Program-made: the position numbers and the translations under genes
Notes under the pieces: model-generated
What the model saw: only the letters and a program-made list of their open reading frames with translations
Told to the model about the DNA's origin: nothing
The model's database searches: none
Shown: one piece after another, positions 1-9,032 of the stretch
How the letters are laid out: the number at the start of each line of letters is the position of its first letter
How positions within the stretch are numbered: position 1 is the first letter of the stretch
IMG/VR virus record: IMGVR_UViG_2974563859_000001
DNA length: 64,000 nucleotides
Source of the DNA: a virus
Taxonomy: Duplodnaviria > Heunggongvirae > Uroviricota > Caudoviricetes
Direction: 5' to 3' (one strand)

Positions 1-2233
1 GTGCTTCTTTAATAATTTTATAATTATTATAATTTTCCTCAATTTCTTTTAATCTTTCAGTGCAATCATCAATAATGATTAAGTCTCTTTGAACTTCTTT
101 TAATTTAATTTCTAACGGTTCAAGTTCAGATCTTTTGCTTCTTAATAGAAGAAGATTATCATTAATGATTTTCTCATTTGCTTTAATAGAATTATAGATG
201 TTTAGTTTCTTTTGGTAATCTGCTTCTTTTTTATTTAATTCATTAGTATTATTCTCAATAATACTTTTTTGATTTTTAATAGTTTCTAAAATTGCTAATT
301 TTGTTTTATTATTTTTAATTTTCTTGTCTGTTGATTTTTTACTAGAAATTAGAGTATCAATTTCACTCTTACACTGAAGATACTTTTCCTTAATTTCCAA
401 TAATTCCTTTTTAGCCTGTTCAACAATTTCATTTTGCTTTTGTGCTGTTTTAAGATGAGATAATAAATTTTCTTTTTTATCTTTTTCAATTATAATATCC
501 ACTTTTACACTAGCTATTTCAATAATATCCTTAATTGAAAACTTTTCTTGGATGTCGCTAATGCTACTTTTTAGAATATCAATTACATTTTCCTCTGTTA
601 TAGCATTATCATAAATTAATGAAATTACTTCTTTATTAGAATTAATTTTCTTATTCAATCTCATAATATCTTGAGCATAGTTCCATCTATTTCTTAATTC
701 TTCAAGATTTTTCTGATCTTCAATAATACTATTTTCAATATCTATTAATTCGCTAAGTAAGGGTTCTAACCTAGAATAATCATTATTTCTATAATCTAAA
801 GCTTTAACAATAAAAGGACATGTATCAATTATACAATTACTTGGTCTTTTCTCAAGTGTTTCAAGTAAATAAGAATTTGACTCAATCTTATTAGTCTCTT
901 TTTCAATAGTATTTTTTCTATTTAGATCAACTTGTAATTTTTCATCAAGTCTCTTAATCTCATTAGGTATAGTAATTATTTCAGAAACATTAAATGATTC
1001 AATGATATGGCTAGTATGATCAGACTTAATTGATTCAATTGTTTCAACAATTCCATCTAAGATATATTGATATTGTGTTGCCATTTGAACCGTTATATCT
1101 AGATCTGAATAAGGACTATTTAAAATTTTCTTTTCATACTGTTCAATTAATGAATCTTTATTCTTTATTTGTTCCTCTATATAGTCAGTATCAGCTTTAT
1201 TTTCAATAATACTATTTTTAGAAGTGATTTCGTTTCCTAGACGAACAATATCTTTTTCAAGATTATCAATCTGACTATTGATTAAATTTAATTCTCCATT
1301 TAGCTCAACTTCTAACTTATTACATTCCATAATTGAATTATTAATTCTATCAATCTCATAATTTTTAAGGTTTGGATATTTGTCATAATAAGTATCCAAA
1401 ATCTTTTCACCTTTTATAATTTCTACTTGCATCTGTTTAATAGTATTGCTTAGATGGTTAATATAATGATCATAATCATCAAAGCCCTCAGTATCTAGAC
1501 TTACTTTTAATTCGTCTATCTTTCCCTCAGTTCGGTTAATATTCTTATCAATATTCTCAATCTCTTTATTTAATTCATTAATTCTTTTGGTCAATGTTTC
1601 ATTTAATTTTTCCAAGTTATCCTTGGAATCTAATTTTTCTAATTGACTTCTAATGCTTTTAATAGTACTTGTAACATTCTTAAATTTTTCATTGACTATC
1701 TCAAATGCTTCTAAATAATCATCAATATCTGGAAGAAAATTGTTTATATATTTCTTCCTATCAGCAGTTTTTAAATCTACAAATGTAGTTACATTACTCC
1801 CAAGTCTTGCTACTCTAAAATAATCCCTTGTTAGATTAAATTCTTCTTGAAGAATTTTTTCAAATGTTCTAATACCGCCATTTTCATTCAGTTCTTCACC
1901 ATTCTTTGAAATAAATGATTTATTACCACTACTATTAAATTTACCATCTACCACTTTTGCATAGTAATGTCTAATAATGTAGCTATTTTTTTCACTAGAG
2001 AGATGAATTTCTTTTTCACCTTTCTTGCCATCAAGAATGATAGATTTTCTCTCATCATTAGTATCTCTATAAGGAGTTAATAAACTTAAAATAGTCGTTT
2101 TACCAGAACCATTATCACCGATTAAAGCAATAATTTTATTAGTAGATTTTGAGAAATCAAGCTCTAGTTCTGTTTTACCTAATCCAGCATAAATTCCAGC
2201 AAAGTTAACAAATCTTGCATAAGTGATTTTCAT
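1..2233 (-). CDS. SbcC/Rad50-like recombination ATPase (T4 gp46-like); the N-terminal 744 aa lie in the window and the gene runs off the window edge
   Basis: Reverse-strand reading frame from ATG at 2231-2233: MKITYARFVNFAGIYAGLGKTELELDFSKSTNKIIALIGDNGSGKTT (Walker A). A long coiled-coil-like region follows. It is open to position 1. Confidence 0.7.
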   Translation of the reverse strand, partial: MKITYARFVNFAGIYAGLGKTELELDFSKSTNKIIALIGDNGSGKTTILSLLTPYRDTNDERKSIILDGKKGEKEIHLSSEKNSYIIRHYYAKVVDGKFNSSGNKSFISKNGEELNENGGIRTFEKILQEEFNLTRDYFRVARLGSNVTTFVDLKTADRKKYINNFLPDIDDYLEAFEIVNEKFKNVTSTIKSIRSQLEKLDSKDNLEKLNETLTKRINELNKEIENIDKNINRTEGKIDELKVSLDTEGFDDYDHYINHLSNTIKQMQVEIIKGEKILDTYYDKYPNLKNYEIDRINNSIMECNKLEVELNGELNLINSQIDNLEKDIVRLGNEITSKNSIIENKADTDYIEEQIKNKDSLIEQYEKKILNSPYSDLDITVQMATQYQYILDGIVETIESIKSDHTSHIIESFNVSEIITIPNEIKRLDEKLQVDLNRKNTIEKETNKIESNSYLLETLEKRPSNCIIDTCPFIVKALDYRNNDYSRLEPLLSELIDIENSIIEDQKNLEELRNRWNYAQDIMRLNKKINSNKEVISLIYDNAITEENVIDILKSSISDIQEKFSIKDIIEIASVKVDIIIEKDKKENLLSHLKTAQKQNEIVEQAKKELLEIKEKYLQCKSEIDTLISSKKSTDKKIKNNKTKLAILETIKNQKSIIENNTNELNKKEADYQKKLNIYNSIKANEKIINDNLLLLRSKRSELEPLEIKLKEVQRDLIIIDDCTERLKEIEENYNNYKIIKEA

Positions 2234-2256
2234 TCTCTCAACTCTCCCATATGTCT

Positions 2257-2688
2257 CTATTTAAGCTCTTCTCTAACTTTCATGAGAATCTTACCTAATT
2301 TATTTTGTCCTTTCCCATTGCATACTCCCCAAGTTGTATCATTCCATGTATTTCCTTCAATTAATTCAAGATTTCCTGTAGCAATTAATTTTCTTTTGAG
2401 TCCTTCATTTTGTGAGAATTTAGCATAAACAATTCTATACATAATATCCTCTTTAATATTCTCCCAATCTGGTCTTAGACGAACACTACGACCTTTTCTT
2501 TTGGCTAGATTTGGAGGAAGAATTGTAAATTGTTTACGAATAAAGCTTGAAGTAACCTTCATAGCTTGAAAGGCGGCTTCGTTATTATTAAACTCTAAGT
2601 CAGCAAATTTTACTTTTGCAGGATAAAAATTACTTAAAAAATAATATTTACCTGAAAAACTATCAATCTTATTCATCAACATCCCCAC
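2257..2688 (-). CDS. NADAR / YbiA (DUF1768) family N-glycosidase-like protein
   Basis: GKYYFLSNFYP...FxxxEAAFQAMK signature of the YbiA/NADAR family. Confidence 0.75.
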   Translation of the reverse strand: MGMLMNKIDSFSGKYYFLSNFYPAKVKFADLEFNNNEAAFQAMKVTSSFIRKQFTILPPNLAKRKGRSVRLRPDWENIKEDIMYRIVYAKFSQNEGLKRKLIATGNLELIEGNTWNDTTWGVCNGKGQNKLGKILMKVREELK

Positions 2689-2754
2689 CTTAGTTTAATA
2701 TTCTTCATTTTCATGTTTTTAAATAATTTTTTTAGTTACAAGAATATAAATTAT

Positions 2755-2900
2755 TTAGTATATATCTGCTTGATTATATTCTTCAAAATTATCACATTCT
2801 TCACATTGTATTACAAGTAATGAACCAAATTCATCATCGTCTACTATAAAACTAATATTGTTTGATCCACATTCATCGCATCTAATAGTAAAACTCATTT
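2755..2900 (-). CDS. small zinc-ribbon protein (47 aa; CxxC...CxxC)
   Basis: Hand translation: MSFTIRCDECGSNNISFIVDDDEFGSLLVIQCEECDNFEEYNQADIY. Below the 60-aa cutoff of the ORF track. Confidence 0.4.
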
Positions 2901-3045
2901 AAATCACTCCATTTTTTCTTTTATTTTATTAACTTATTTATAATATATTCTTTAATCTTTTTTTATTTTTAGAGAATTAATTACAATAAAACATAATTAT
3001 AATAAAATAAACCCCTCAATAAAAGCAGAACAATATTATTTAATT

Positions 3046-3078
3046 AAACCAAGGATATCATTATTTGATATCCTTGGT
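3046..3078. terminator. inverted repeat / hairpin downstream of the 3083..3769 gene
   Basis: aaccaaggatatca-ttatt-tgatatccttggtt. Confidence 0.4.
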
Positions 3079-3082
3079 TATT

Positions 3083-3769
3083 TTATTCTTCATCTTCAGT
3101 AAATTCTACTACATCATAAATTTTTCCATTTTCATCTTTTGCAATGTATTCCCCATTTTCTTCTGTAATCTCTATTTGCAGATCTGGTATTTCAGCATCT
3201 TCTATAATATTATAGTCGCCATCCAGACAATAGATATTTTTCTCCATATCTACTACATATTGATAGTCATTTATTTTTTCCTCTATTACTGTCTCTTCCT
3301 TTTCAGAATTGCTTTCATTTTGTTCTTCTTTCAATCTTGCTTCTAATAATGCATCTACTTCTTCATCATTTTTCTGTGATCCAGAAATATCTTCAGATTC
3401 TTGTTTATTTATAATTTCACTAAATTTTTTATCTTTTTTATTATTAAGAATATAATCATGAACACCAGCAACAATTTCTCTAATATCAGAGTTATCGCCA
3501 CCCTCTTGATTTCTTTGATTTTTAAGTGCAATATCAGCTTCAGTTTTCTTAGCATTTACGATTTGCTGAATAATAGATATCTTACCAGTTTTAAGTGAAA
3601 TTAAATTAGAGGTTTGTTTTTCTATAAATGTAAGAGTTCCATTACTGCCACTATTTTTAACTTTATCATAATGCTCTTTTGTTTCATCATATAATTCATC
3701 GATTTTTTCTAATTCATTCTGGAGAATACTTAATTCTTTAGAAATATCGATATTAATATTATCAGCCAT
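3083..3769 (-). CDS. hypothetical acidic protein
   Basis: 228-aa ORF, no recognisable domain. Confidence 0.55.
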   Translation of the reverse strand: MADNINIDISKELSILQNELEKIDELYDETKEHYDKVKNSGSNGTLTFIEKQTSNLISLKTGKISIIQQIVNAKKTEADIALKNQRNQEGGDNSDIREIVAGVHDYILNNKKDKKFSEIINKQESEDISGSQKNDEEVDALLEARLKEEQNESNSEKEETVIEEKINDYQYVVDMEKNIYCLDGDYNIIEDAEIPDLQIEITEENGEYIAKDENGKIYDVVEFTEDEE

Positions 3770-4052
3770 TTTCTATCACTCCTATAATATTTAATACTAA
3801 TATAATGTTCCGTATCAAAAAGATTTTCAAGTATATATTATTACTGTAACAATAAGAAACACAAAAACTAGTAATAAATAAGGTAATAAAAGAATGGTTG
3901 GAAAGACAAAAATATTCATCAGGCTACATACCACGAAAAGTGTATTGAACGAATGACAATACCCACCTAGTGATTATAGCAAGATCTTTCACCATTCTCC
4001 GTATCCTTATAAAGAGAAAAAGGATTTTTTAAAATGGAGAGGAGAATACGCT

Positions 4053-4133
4053 ATGACAAACACAGTTGAGAAAAATGATTGTCTGGGAAAATTCCCTATT
4101 GATGCAGTAAGAATTAGAAGTTCTATTATTTAA
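4053..4133 (+). CDS. small peptide (26 aa)
   Basis: Strong RBS ggagaggagaa lies 7 nt upstream of the ATG. MTNTVEKNDCLGKFPIDAVRIRSSII. A strong terminator follows immediately. Confidence 0.3.
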   Translation: MTNTVEKNDCLGKFPIDAVRIRSSII

Positions 4134-4155
4134 ACATATACGACGACTACTTTTA

Positions 4156-4197
4156 CTATGGGTGGGGGCAACCCCACCCATAGGGCTTTTTTTGGTC
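4156..4197 (+). terminator. rho-independent terminator
   Basis: ctatgggtggggg-caa-ccccacccatag followed by a T8 run. Confidence 0.65.
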
Positions 4198-4242
4198 AAT
4201 GTATAAAGATTTCGTCAAAATACTTAATGGGGAGGTTTTTGA

Positions 4243-5016
4243 TTGAATTGGTTTAAAAGAATGTTTATGGCAAAGGAGAAGGATAAGGAAATTGATTCAC
4301 TAAGAAGGATGGTTGAACAGAGTAATGAAACTATTAAACTCATGGATGGTGTCATAAAAAGATTAGAGGATAATATGACTAAATCCAGACAAGAATCAGC
4401 AGCAACTCTTCAGGAAGAAAAAGAATATCAAGATCAAATGAAATTGGAATCAGAAAGGATGCGGGAATATGAATATATTCAAAATGCTCAAAAAGTTGTT
4501 TCTACTTATTTAACTAAATATCTAGATCGTTTTAATCTAATTGAAAATCGTTTTTCACTTGCTCATAATATAGATCTTCTTTCTAATTCTGATGACTTAA
4601 TGTTTAAAATTGTACAAATGATTAAATTGTCTAAGACCAGTGTTGAATTTGCTACTGTTTGGAACAATCATGTTATAAGAATTAGTATTGATAATGATGA
4701 AGATGATGTATATTATAGTATTAATGGTGGAAAAAATCTAAGTTCCGACATTGTAGGAACCAAATTTCTTACTAAATTTAAGAAGGATATCCAATTAGAT
4801 ATATTGAATTTTCCATGTGTTCAGACAAATAAGATTTATGAAGTAACTGGTAAGAAGTACAAGTATGTCTTAGCTAACTCAAGAAGAGAATGTTATTATA
4901 TACTTAAAGATAAAGAGATGAAAACAAAAATAAAAGAAGTTAGTTTTGTTGAACCAAGTGCATATACACGTTCTATTAGATCTAGACTAGTATATGTAGT
5001 ACCTCATCAAACTTAA
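4243..5016 (+). CDS. hypothetical protein (TTG start)
   Basis: RBS ggggagg 7 nt upstream; 257 aa, no recognisable domain. Confidence 0.55.
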   Translation: MNWFKRMFMAKEKDKEIDSLRRMVEQSNETIKLMDGVIKRLEDNMTKSRQESAATLQEEKEYQDQMKLESERMREYEYIQNAQKVVSTYLTKYLDRFNLIENRFSLAHNIDLLSNSDDLMFKIVQMIKLSKTSVEFATVWNNHVIRISIDNDEDDVYYSINGGKNLSSDIVGTKFLTKFKKDIQLDILNFPCVQTNKIYEVTGKKYKYVLANSRRECYYILKDKEMKTKIKEVSFVEPSAYTRSIRSRLVYVVPHQT

Positions 5017-5024
5017 TGCTATAA

Positions 5025-5059
5025 GAGTAAAGTCTATAAAAGACTTTACTCTTTTTTTT
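5025..5059 (+). terminator. rho-independent terminator
   Basis: gagtaaagtct-ataaa-agactttactc followed by a T8 run. Confidence 0.6.
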
Positions 5060-5060
5060 G

Positions 5061-5240
5061 TTAATAACGTTTGATATCTAATAATAAGTATTGATTATTT
5101 TTATAAAGAAAATTTGAATACTGTTTTACTTTAAAACCAAATCTTTGTAATAGCCAGCAAGGGAAAGAAATAATAAACATTAACAAAATTAGTATAATTA
5201 ACAATAGTCCTTCCAATAAATTTATCTTAAAACCCCACAT
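5061..5240 (-). CDS. small hydrophobic membrane protein (about 59 aa)
   Basis: RBS ggagga; MWGFKINLLEGLLLIILILLMFIISFPCWLL... Confidence 0.3.
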   Translation of the reverse strand: MWGFKINLLEGLLLIILILLMFIISFPCWLLQRFGFKVKQYSNFLYKNNQYLLLDIKRY

Positions 5241-5251
5241 AGAAATCCTCC

Positions 5252-5413
5252 TTATTCTCTAGTTAGAGAATAAATTGCTTGTATTGCTTCATTCCCAATT
5301 TGACGAGAGTTTCGTCCCATTTGGTCTAACATATTCTTCTTTTCCCATATTAATCGTTCTGCTTCTTCATTAGCTTCTTTACTAAATACTCCACGTAGAG
5401 ATACTGTATCACC
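5252..5413 (-). CDS. RNA polymerase beta-prime N-terminal gene, last exon (GDTVSLRGVFSKEANEEAERLIW...YSLTRE*)
   Basis: Aligns to E. coli beta-prime [22 protein letters not shown]...LGLYYMTR. It has no start codon. It lies directly downstream of a td-like intron 3' end (...gaagattttG|ggtgat). Confidence 0.6.
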   Translation of the reverse strand, partial: GDTVSLRGVFSKEANEEAERLIWEKKNMLDQMGRNSRQIGNEAIQAIYSLTRE

Positions 5414-7303
5414 CAAAATCTTCCAGTAGATTCGCTACATCTACTGCGTTCTCTTATGAACTGCTCTATATTACTATAGAGATGAGACTATATCTTCACA
5501 ATATAATTGTGCCCTCCGTTTCCATTTAAAGAGGAATTATAACCTTATTACGGAATACCTCTACCGCTTGGCTGTACTCTACTCCCTTCCTTCTAACTAG
5601 CGTTATCACAACGATCTGTTAGAGTGGTTTCGATAGTCGTTGAACCTTCATCTTTAAATGAATTAAAGATGCTTGGATGCTGATTGTCCATATAGGATTT
5701 TCCAGCAGTTAAAAGGGTTTTACTACGACAGTAGATTATTATCTTTTATAGGTAAATACTAAATTACCACAATCCCATATTCTTTTAAATCTAGTTTTAT
5801 CCATGATTTCAAATTCAGTACTATCATCACTATATAATTTTGGAAATTTCTTTTTGAGATTAGACTTTCTATAATTAAATCTATGGAATCGTTGAGTTTT
5901 TTCAACGTTAACATACCAATAGTTGGGTTTACTAATATGACTTAATTCAAATTTATTATTGATATAAACATTGCCATCTGACCAGCGTTTATCTGCATAG
6001 GTTATTAATTCTTTCCACTCATAATTTCTCTCGAAGTATTTGAGAAGTTTACTAAAAGCACCTATTACTCTATAGTCCATATCGGTAGCGAATCTTGATA
6101 GTTCAAAAATATTATCAGCACTATTTCTACCTAGGCTTTTTCTAAGTTTACTAAAAGTCATTACCGCTACAAGTTCATCGCCATCTTCTTTTGGAAGCCA
6201 TAAGCCTAATTTAATTGATGACAAATCTTTTCCCTGAATGTGATTTCTTTCTAGGAATTCATTTTTAAAATTGTTATCAATTACTTCTACATAACAATTT
6301 CTAGCGTATATTTTAGTAGAATTATTTAATTTTAGTAGGTGTTTTATTTTTTCTTTTACTATGAGAGGTTTGTTAACCCATTCGTCTTCAAAAATTTGAA
6401 TTAGTCTAATCCCTTTACTATTACATTTTTCTAATTTTTCTAAATGATAGTTTCTTTTCTTCCCCATTTGCTCTGAATGCCAATATAAACCATTAAATTC
6501 AAAAGCAATTTTTTTGGAAGGAATAAATATATCAATCTCTTTACCTTCAAGTAATTTCCTGTCATTACATATGACTTTATCTACAACTAATCCTTTAATA
6601 AAAGAAGATAGTTCTTTTTCCATTTTTGATGAACTTTTAAATGCACAATATGGACATCTATTTCCATTATCAAAGTTTTTAATTGTAACTTCATACTCCT
6701 TATTACAACTATGATGTAACAATCTAATCTTCGTTTTATTATTACGATATTCACCTAATAATGAATACTCATTATTTGTAACTAAGCTAATTTTTCTTTT
6801 AACCTCATCAGTAGTTAGTCTTCTTTTACCAGAACATTGAGGACATCTATTTTTCAAAGCATAATAAGGAGTAGTCTTCCATTCATAATTACAGTCATTA
6901 CATCTGAAAAGTATTTTGGTATCGATATTGATATATTTCTCAAGACTTATAAGTCTTCCATTAGTCTTTTCTTTTAATTCCTTCTTAAACTCATCATTGC
7001 TTTTTAATCTTGATTTACCTTTATTAATATCAGCGCACTGAGGACATCTTCTACCATTATGAAATACATCAGGTCTAACCTCATATATATTTCCACATAA
7101 TTCATGCCTTAATTTGATTTTAGTCTTATTGTTAATATATTCATTGGATAAAACTGTATAGGTATTGTTAGTTAGTAATTTAACTTCTTCTTTGAATTCG
7201 TCCAGTGTCTTTTTATGTGGCATACATTAATACCTCCAAATAATTAATAATTATTTGTTTATTTGACACTGTATTCCCTTAAAAAGAAATAATATTAATT
7301 TTT
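5414..7303 (-). mobile_element. group I intron (phage IA2 / td-like core) carrying homing endonuclease ORF 5739..7223
   Basis: Core blocks AACGACTATCG and GAAGATATAGTCTCA plus the shared 3' tail agagcagttcataagagaacgc...gtagcgaatct. IGS gtcgtagt pairs the exon end actacgaT with a U-G pair at the junction. The junction splits the catalytic motif: D-Y-D | G-D. Confidence 0.6.
5739..7223 (-). CDS. homing endonuclease: N-terminal repeated zinc-finger modules plus C-terminal Vsr/EDxHD-like (DUF559-type) nuclease domain
   Basis: Repeated Y..L.EY.N..TKI...H..C...Y...P..F..G.RCP.C modules. C-terminal IAFEFNGLYWHSE. Paralogous to 7576..8493 and 34288..36051. Confidence 0.65.
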   Translation of the reverse strand: MPHKKTLDEFKEEVKLLTNNTYTVLSNEYINNKTKIKLRHELCGNIYEVRPDVFHNGRRCPQCADINKGKSRLKSNDEFKKELKEKTNGRLISLEKYINIDTKILFRCNDCNYEWKTTPYYALKNRCPQCSGKRRLTTDEVKRKISLVTNNEYSLLGEYRNNKTKIRLLHHSCNKEYEVTIKNFDNGNRCPYCAFKSSSKMEKELSSFIKGLVVDKVICNDRKLLEGKEIDIFIPSKKIAFEFNGLYWHSEQMGKKRNYHLEKLEKCNSKGIRLIQIFEDEWVNKPLIVKEKIKHLLKLNNSTKIYARNCYVEVIDNNFKNEFLERNHIQGKDLSSIKLGLWLPKEDGDELVAVMTFSKLRKSLGRNSADNIFELSRFATDMDYRVIGAFSKLLKYFERNYEWKELITYADKRWSDGNVYINNKFELSHISKPNYWYVNVEKTQRFHRFNYRKSNLKKKFPKLYSDDSTEFEIMDKTRFKRIWDCGNLVFTYKR

Positions 7304-7489
7304 ATCGTAGTCTCCGCCTAAAGCCTTTAAATAACCATTATAAGGAATTACTGTATCAACAAAAAGTTCATCCTCTGCGGGATAGTCAGGGTATATAACA
7401 GGATAATCAGGTAAGTATCTATCTTCCAGCTTTTGAGGTCGTGTTTCCTTTGTTGAAAGAATTCTTATTTTACTTGGATAAATATTCTA
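7304..7489 (-). CDS. RNA polymerase beta-prime N-terminal gene, internal exon (...IPYNGYLKALGGDYD)
   Basis: No ATG/GTG/TTG in frame. Ends in the DYD of the universally conserved NADFDGD motif. The 5' boundary is approximate. Confidence 0.45.
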
Positions 7490-9032
7490 TAGTGATAGGT
7501 AAAGATTTGATTTTATCTCCTCTTTTTCCCCCACTTCACACCCTACGTGCGACTTTCATCGCATAAGGCGTTCCATCAATTTAATAAAAATTTTTTAATA
7601 AGAATTGGTATACTATCGATTGGTGTATCATATTTAATTCTAAGAATTGGTAAATTATATTTCTTACAAAAATCATTTTTAATATTATCATGTTTTTGTA
7701 TTAATTCTAATTTTTTAATACGGTCATTTTCATCGTTACCAAAGATAGGAAGAAAATGTTGTCTACCATCATATTCTATTATAGCATTAAATTCCTCTAC
7801 AAAAAAATCAAAAGGTAAGGGTTTTCTATCTTTACATTCTTTAAAAGTTTTTTGATAGGTATATTCTGTTCCCATATTATTTAAAATATTTTTTATTAAT
7901 AATTCCCCACTACTCATTTTACAGTTTTTACATGAAAATTTATTAGATGTAATATTTTTTAATGAAAATTTATTAATAGTATTACACTCTAAATGTATTA
8001 TTTCTAATGGAGTTACATTATTTATATACTCACCAATCACTTTATACTCATTAGGATTTATTTTGTCTAACTGTTCTTGAACATATTCTTTATTTTTCTT
8101 AATAAGTCCTGAACAGTTAGGACAACGTCTCCCTAGAGATGTAAAATTTCCTGCTTTGACTTCATAAATGAATTTACATTTATTATGACGCATTGTTACC
8201 TTAGAATGATAATTTTTATAATTAGACAAAACAGTATATTCATCTTTTACTAATTCCTTAACCTTATTGATAAATTTTTCTGTAGTTAACTTTTCTTTTG
8301 AATTACAATGAGGACATCCATAACCCTGTAATAAGTTACAAGGTCTTGCCTCAAATTCTTTATTACAAATTTCATGTAATATTAAAATTTTTGTTTTAGA
8401 ATTAATATATTCACCAATTCGTTTGTAACCTTTTAGTATTTGATTTAGTCTTAAATCAAATGAAGTATTATCCAATTTTCTCATTAAAATCACTCCACAT
8501 AACTATTTATTATTATGTTTTGTGATTGTTCGATTATTTTTATTAAACTGACTATGACCCTTCGCTCCAATGGAGTTACCCATCTTCATAACTACTATGG
8601 TCTGCTGACTTTCTATATAAGAGTATCAACTATAATTTCTCTTATATAGAATCTCTGACGTTCCGTAAATGATAGTATAGCTATAACTTAGATGCCTTCT
8701 GCCCTATATAAACTTCTATTGTACCACACTTTACAATCAGGTCGTTCACCAGTACCGTATTACTAAACCCTGAATTTATATAGTATAAAAAGGTTCGTGT
8801 TCCTCATCATATTATAGCACCGCCCACCCTATCTATTAGTATTATAGTACTACTAATATTCAGATGACTTCACCTAACTTCATACAAATATTTTATATAG
8901 TTTAAAATAGATGCATGTAGGAGTATTAGCGACAAGTCTTCAATGAAAATGGTCATATCTTTTACTTGTTCTCATTTACAGTTTAGATTATAAAATCTAC
9001 TCCATTTCACATTAAATGCTTATAGGAGAACG
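7490..9032 (-). other. intervening sequence (putative intron of a different class) containing homing endonuclease ORF 7576..8493
   Basis: The beta-prime frame is broken by a stop at 9033-9035 and resumes at about 7489 without a start codon. The 540-nt segment at 8494-9032 is GC-richer and hairpin-rich. It lacks the td-like core blocks. Confidence 0.3.
7576..8493 (-). CDS. homing endonuclease paralog (zinc-finger modules + EDxHD/Vsr-like, IIEYDGRQH)
   Basis: Same architecture as 5739..7223. Confidence 0.6.
   Translation of the reverse strand: MILMRKLDNTSFDLRLNQILKGYKRIGEYINSKTKILILHEICNKEFEARPCNLLQGYGCPHCNSKEKLTTEKFINKVKELVKDEYTVLSNYKNYHSKVTMRHNKCKFIYEVKAGNFTSLGRRCPNCSGLIKKNKEYVQEQLDKINPNEYKVIGEYINNVTPLEIIHLECNTINKFSLKNITSNKFSCKNCKMSSGELLIKNILNNMGTEYTYQKTFKECKDRKPLPFDFFVEEFNAIIEYDGRQHFLPIFGNDENDRIKKLELIQKHDNIKNDFCKKYNLPILRIKYDTPIDSIPILIKKFLLN

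Noticed and set aside
3065-3598. Plus-strand ORFs 3065..3346 and 3401..3598
   Set aside because: Antisense to the 3083..3769 gene. Ile/Phe-rich, typical AT-rich shadow frames.
8494-9032. GC-richer 540-nt segment screened for tRNA genes
   Set aside because: No convincing cloverleaf with T-loop or anticodon stem was found by eye. Interpreted as part of an intervening element instead.
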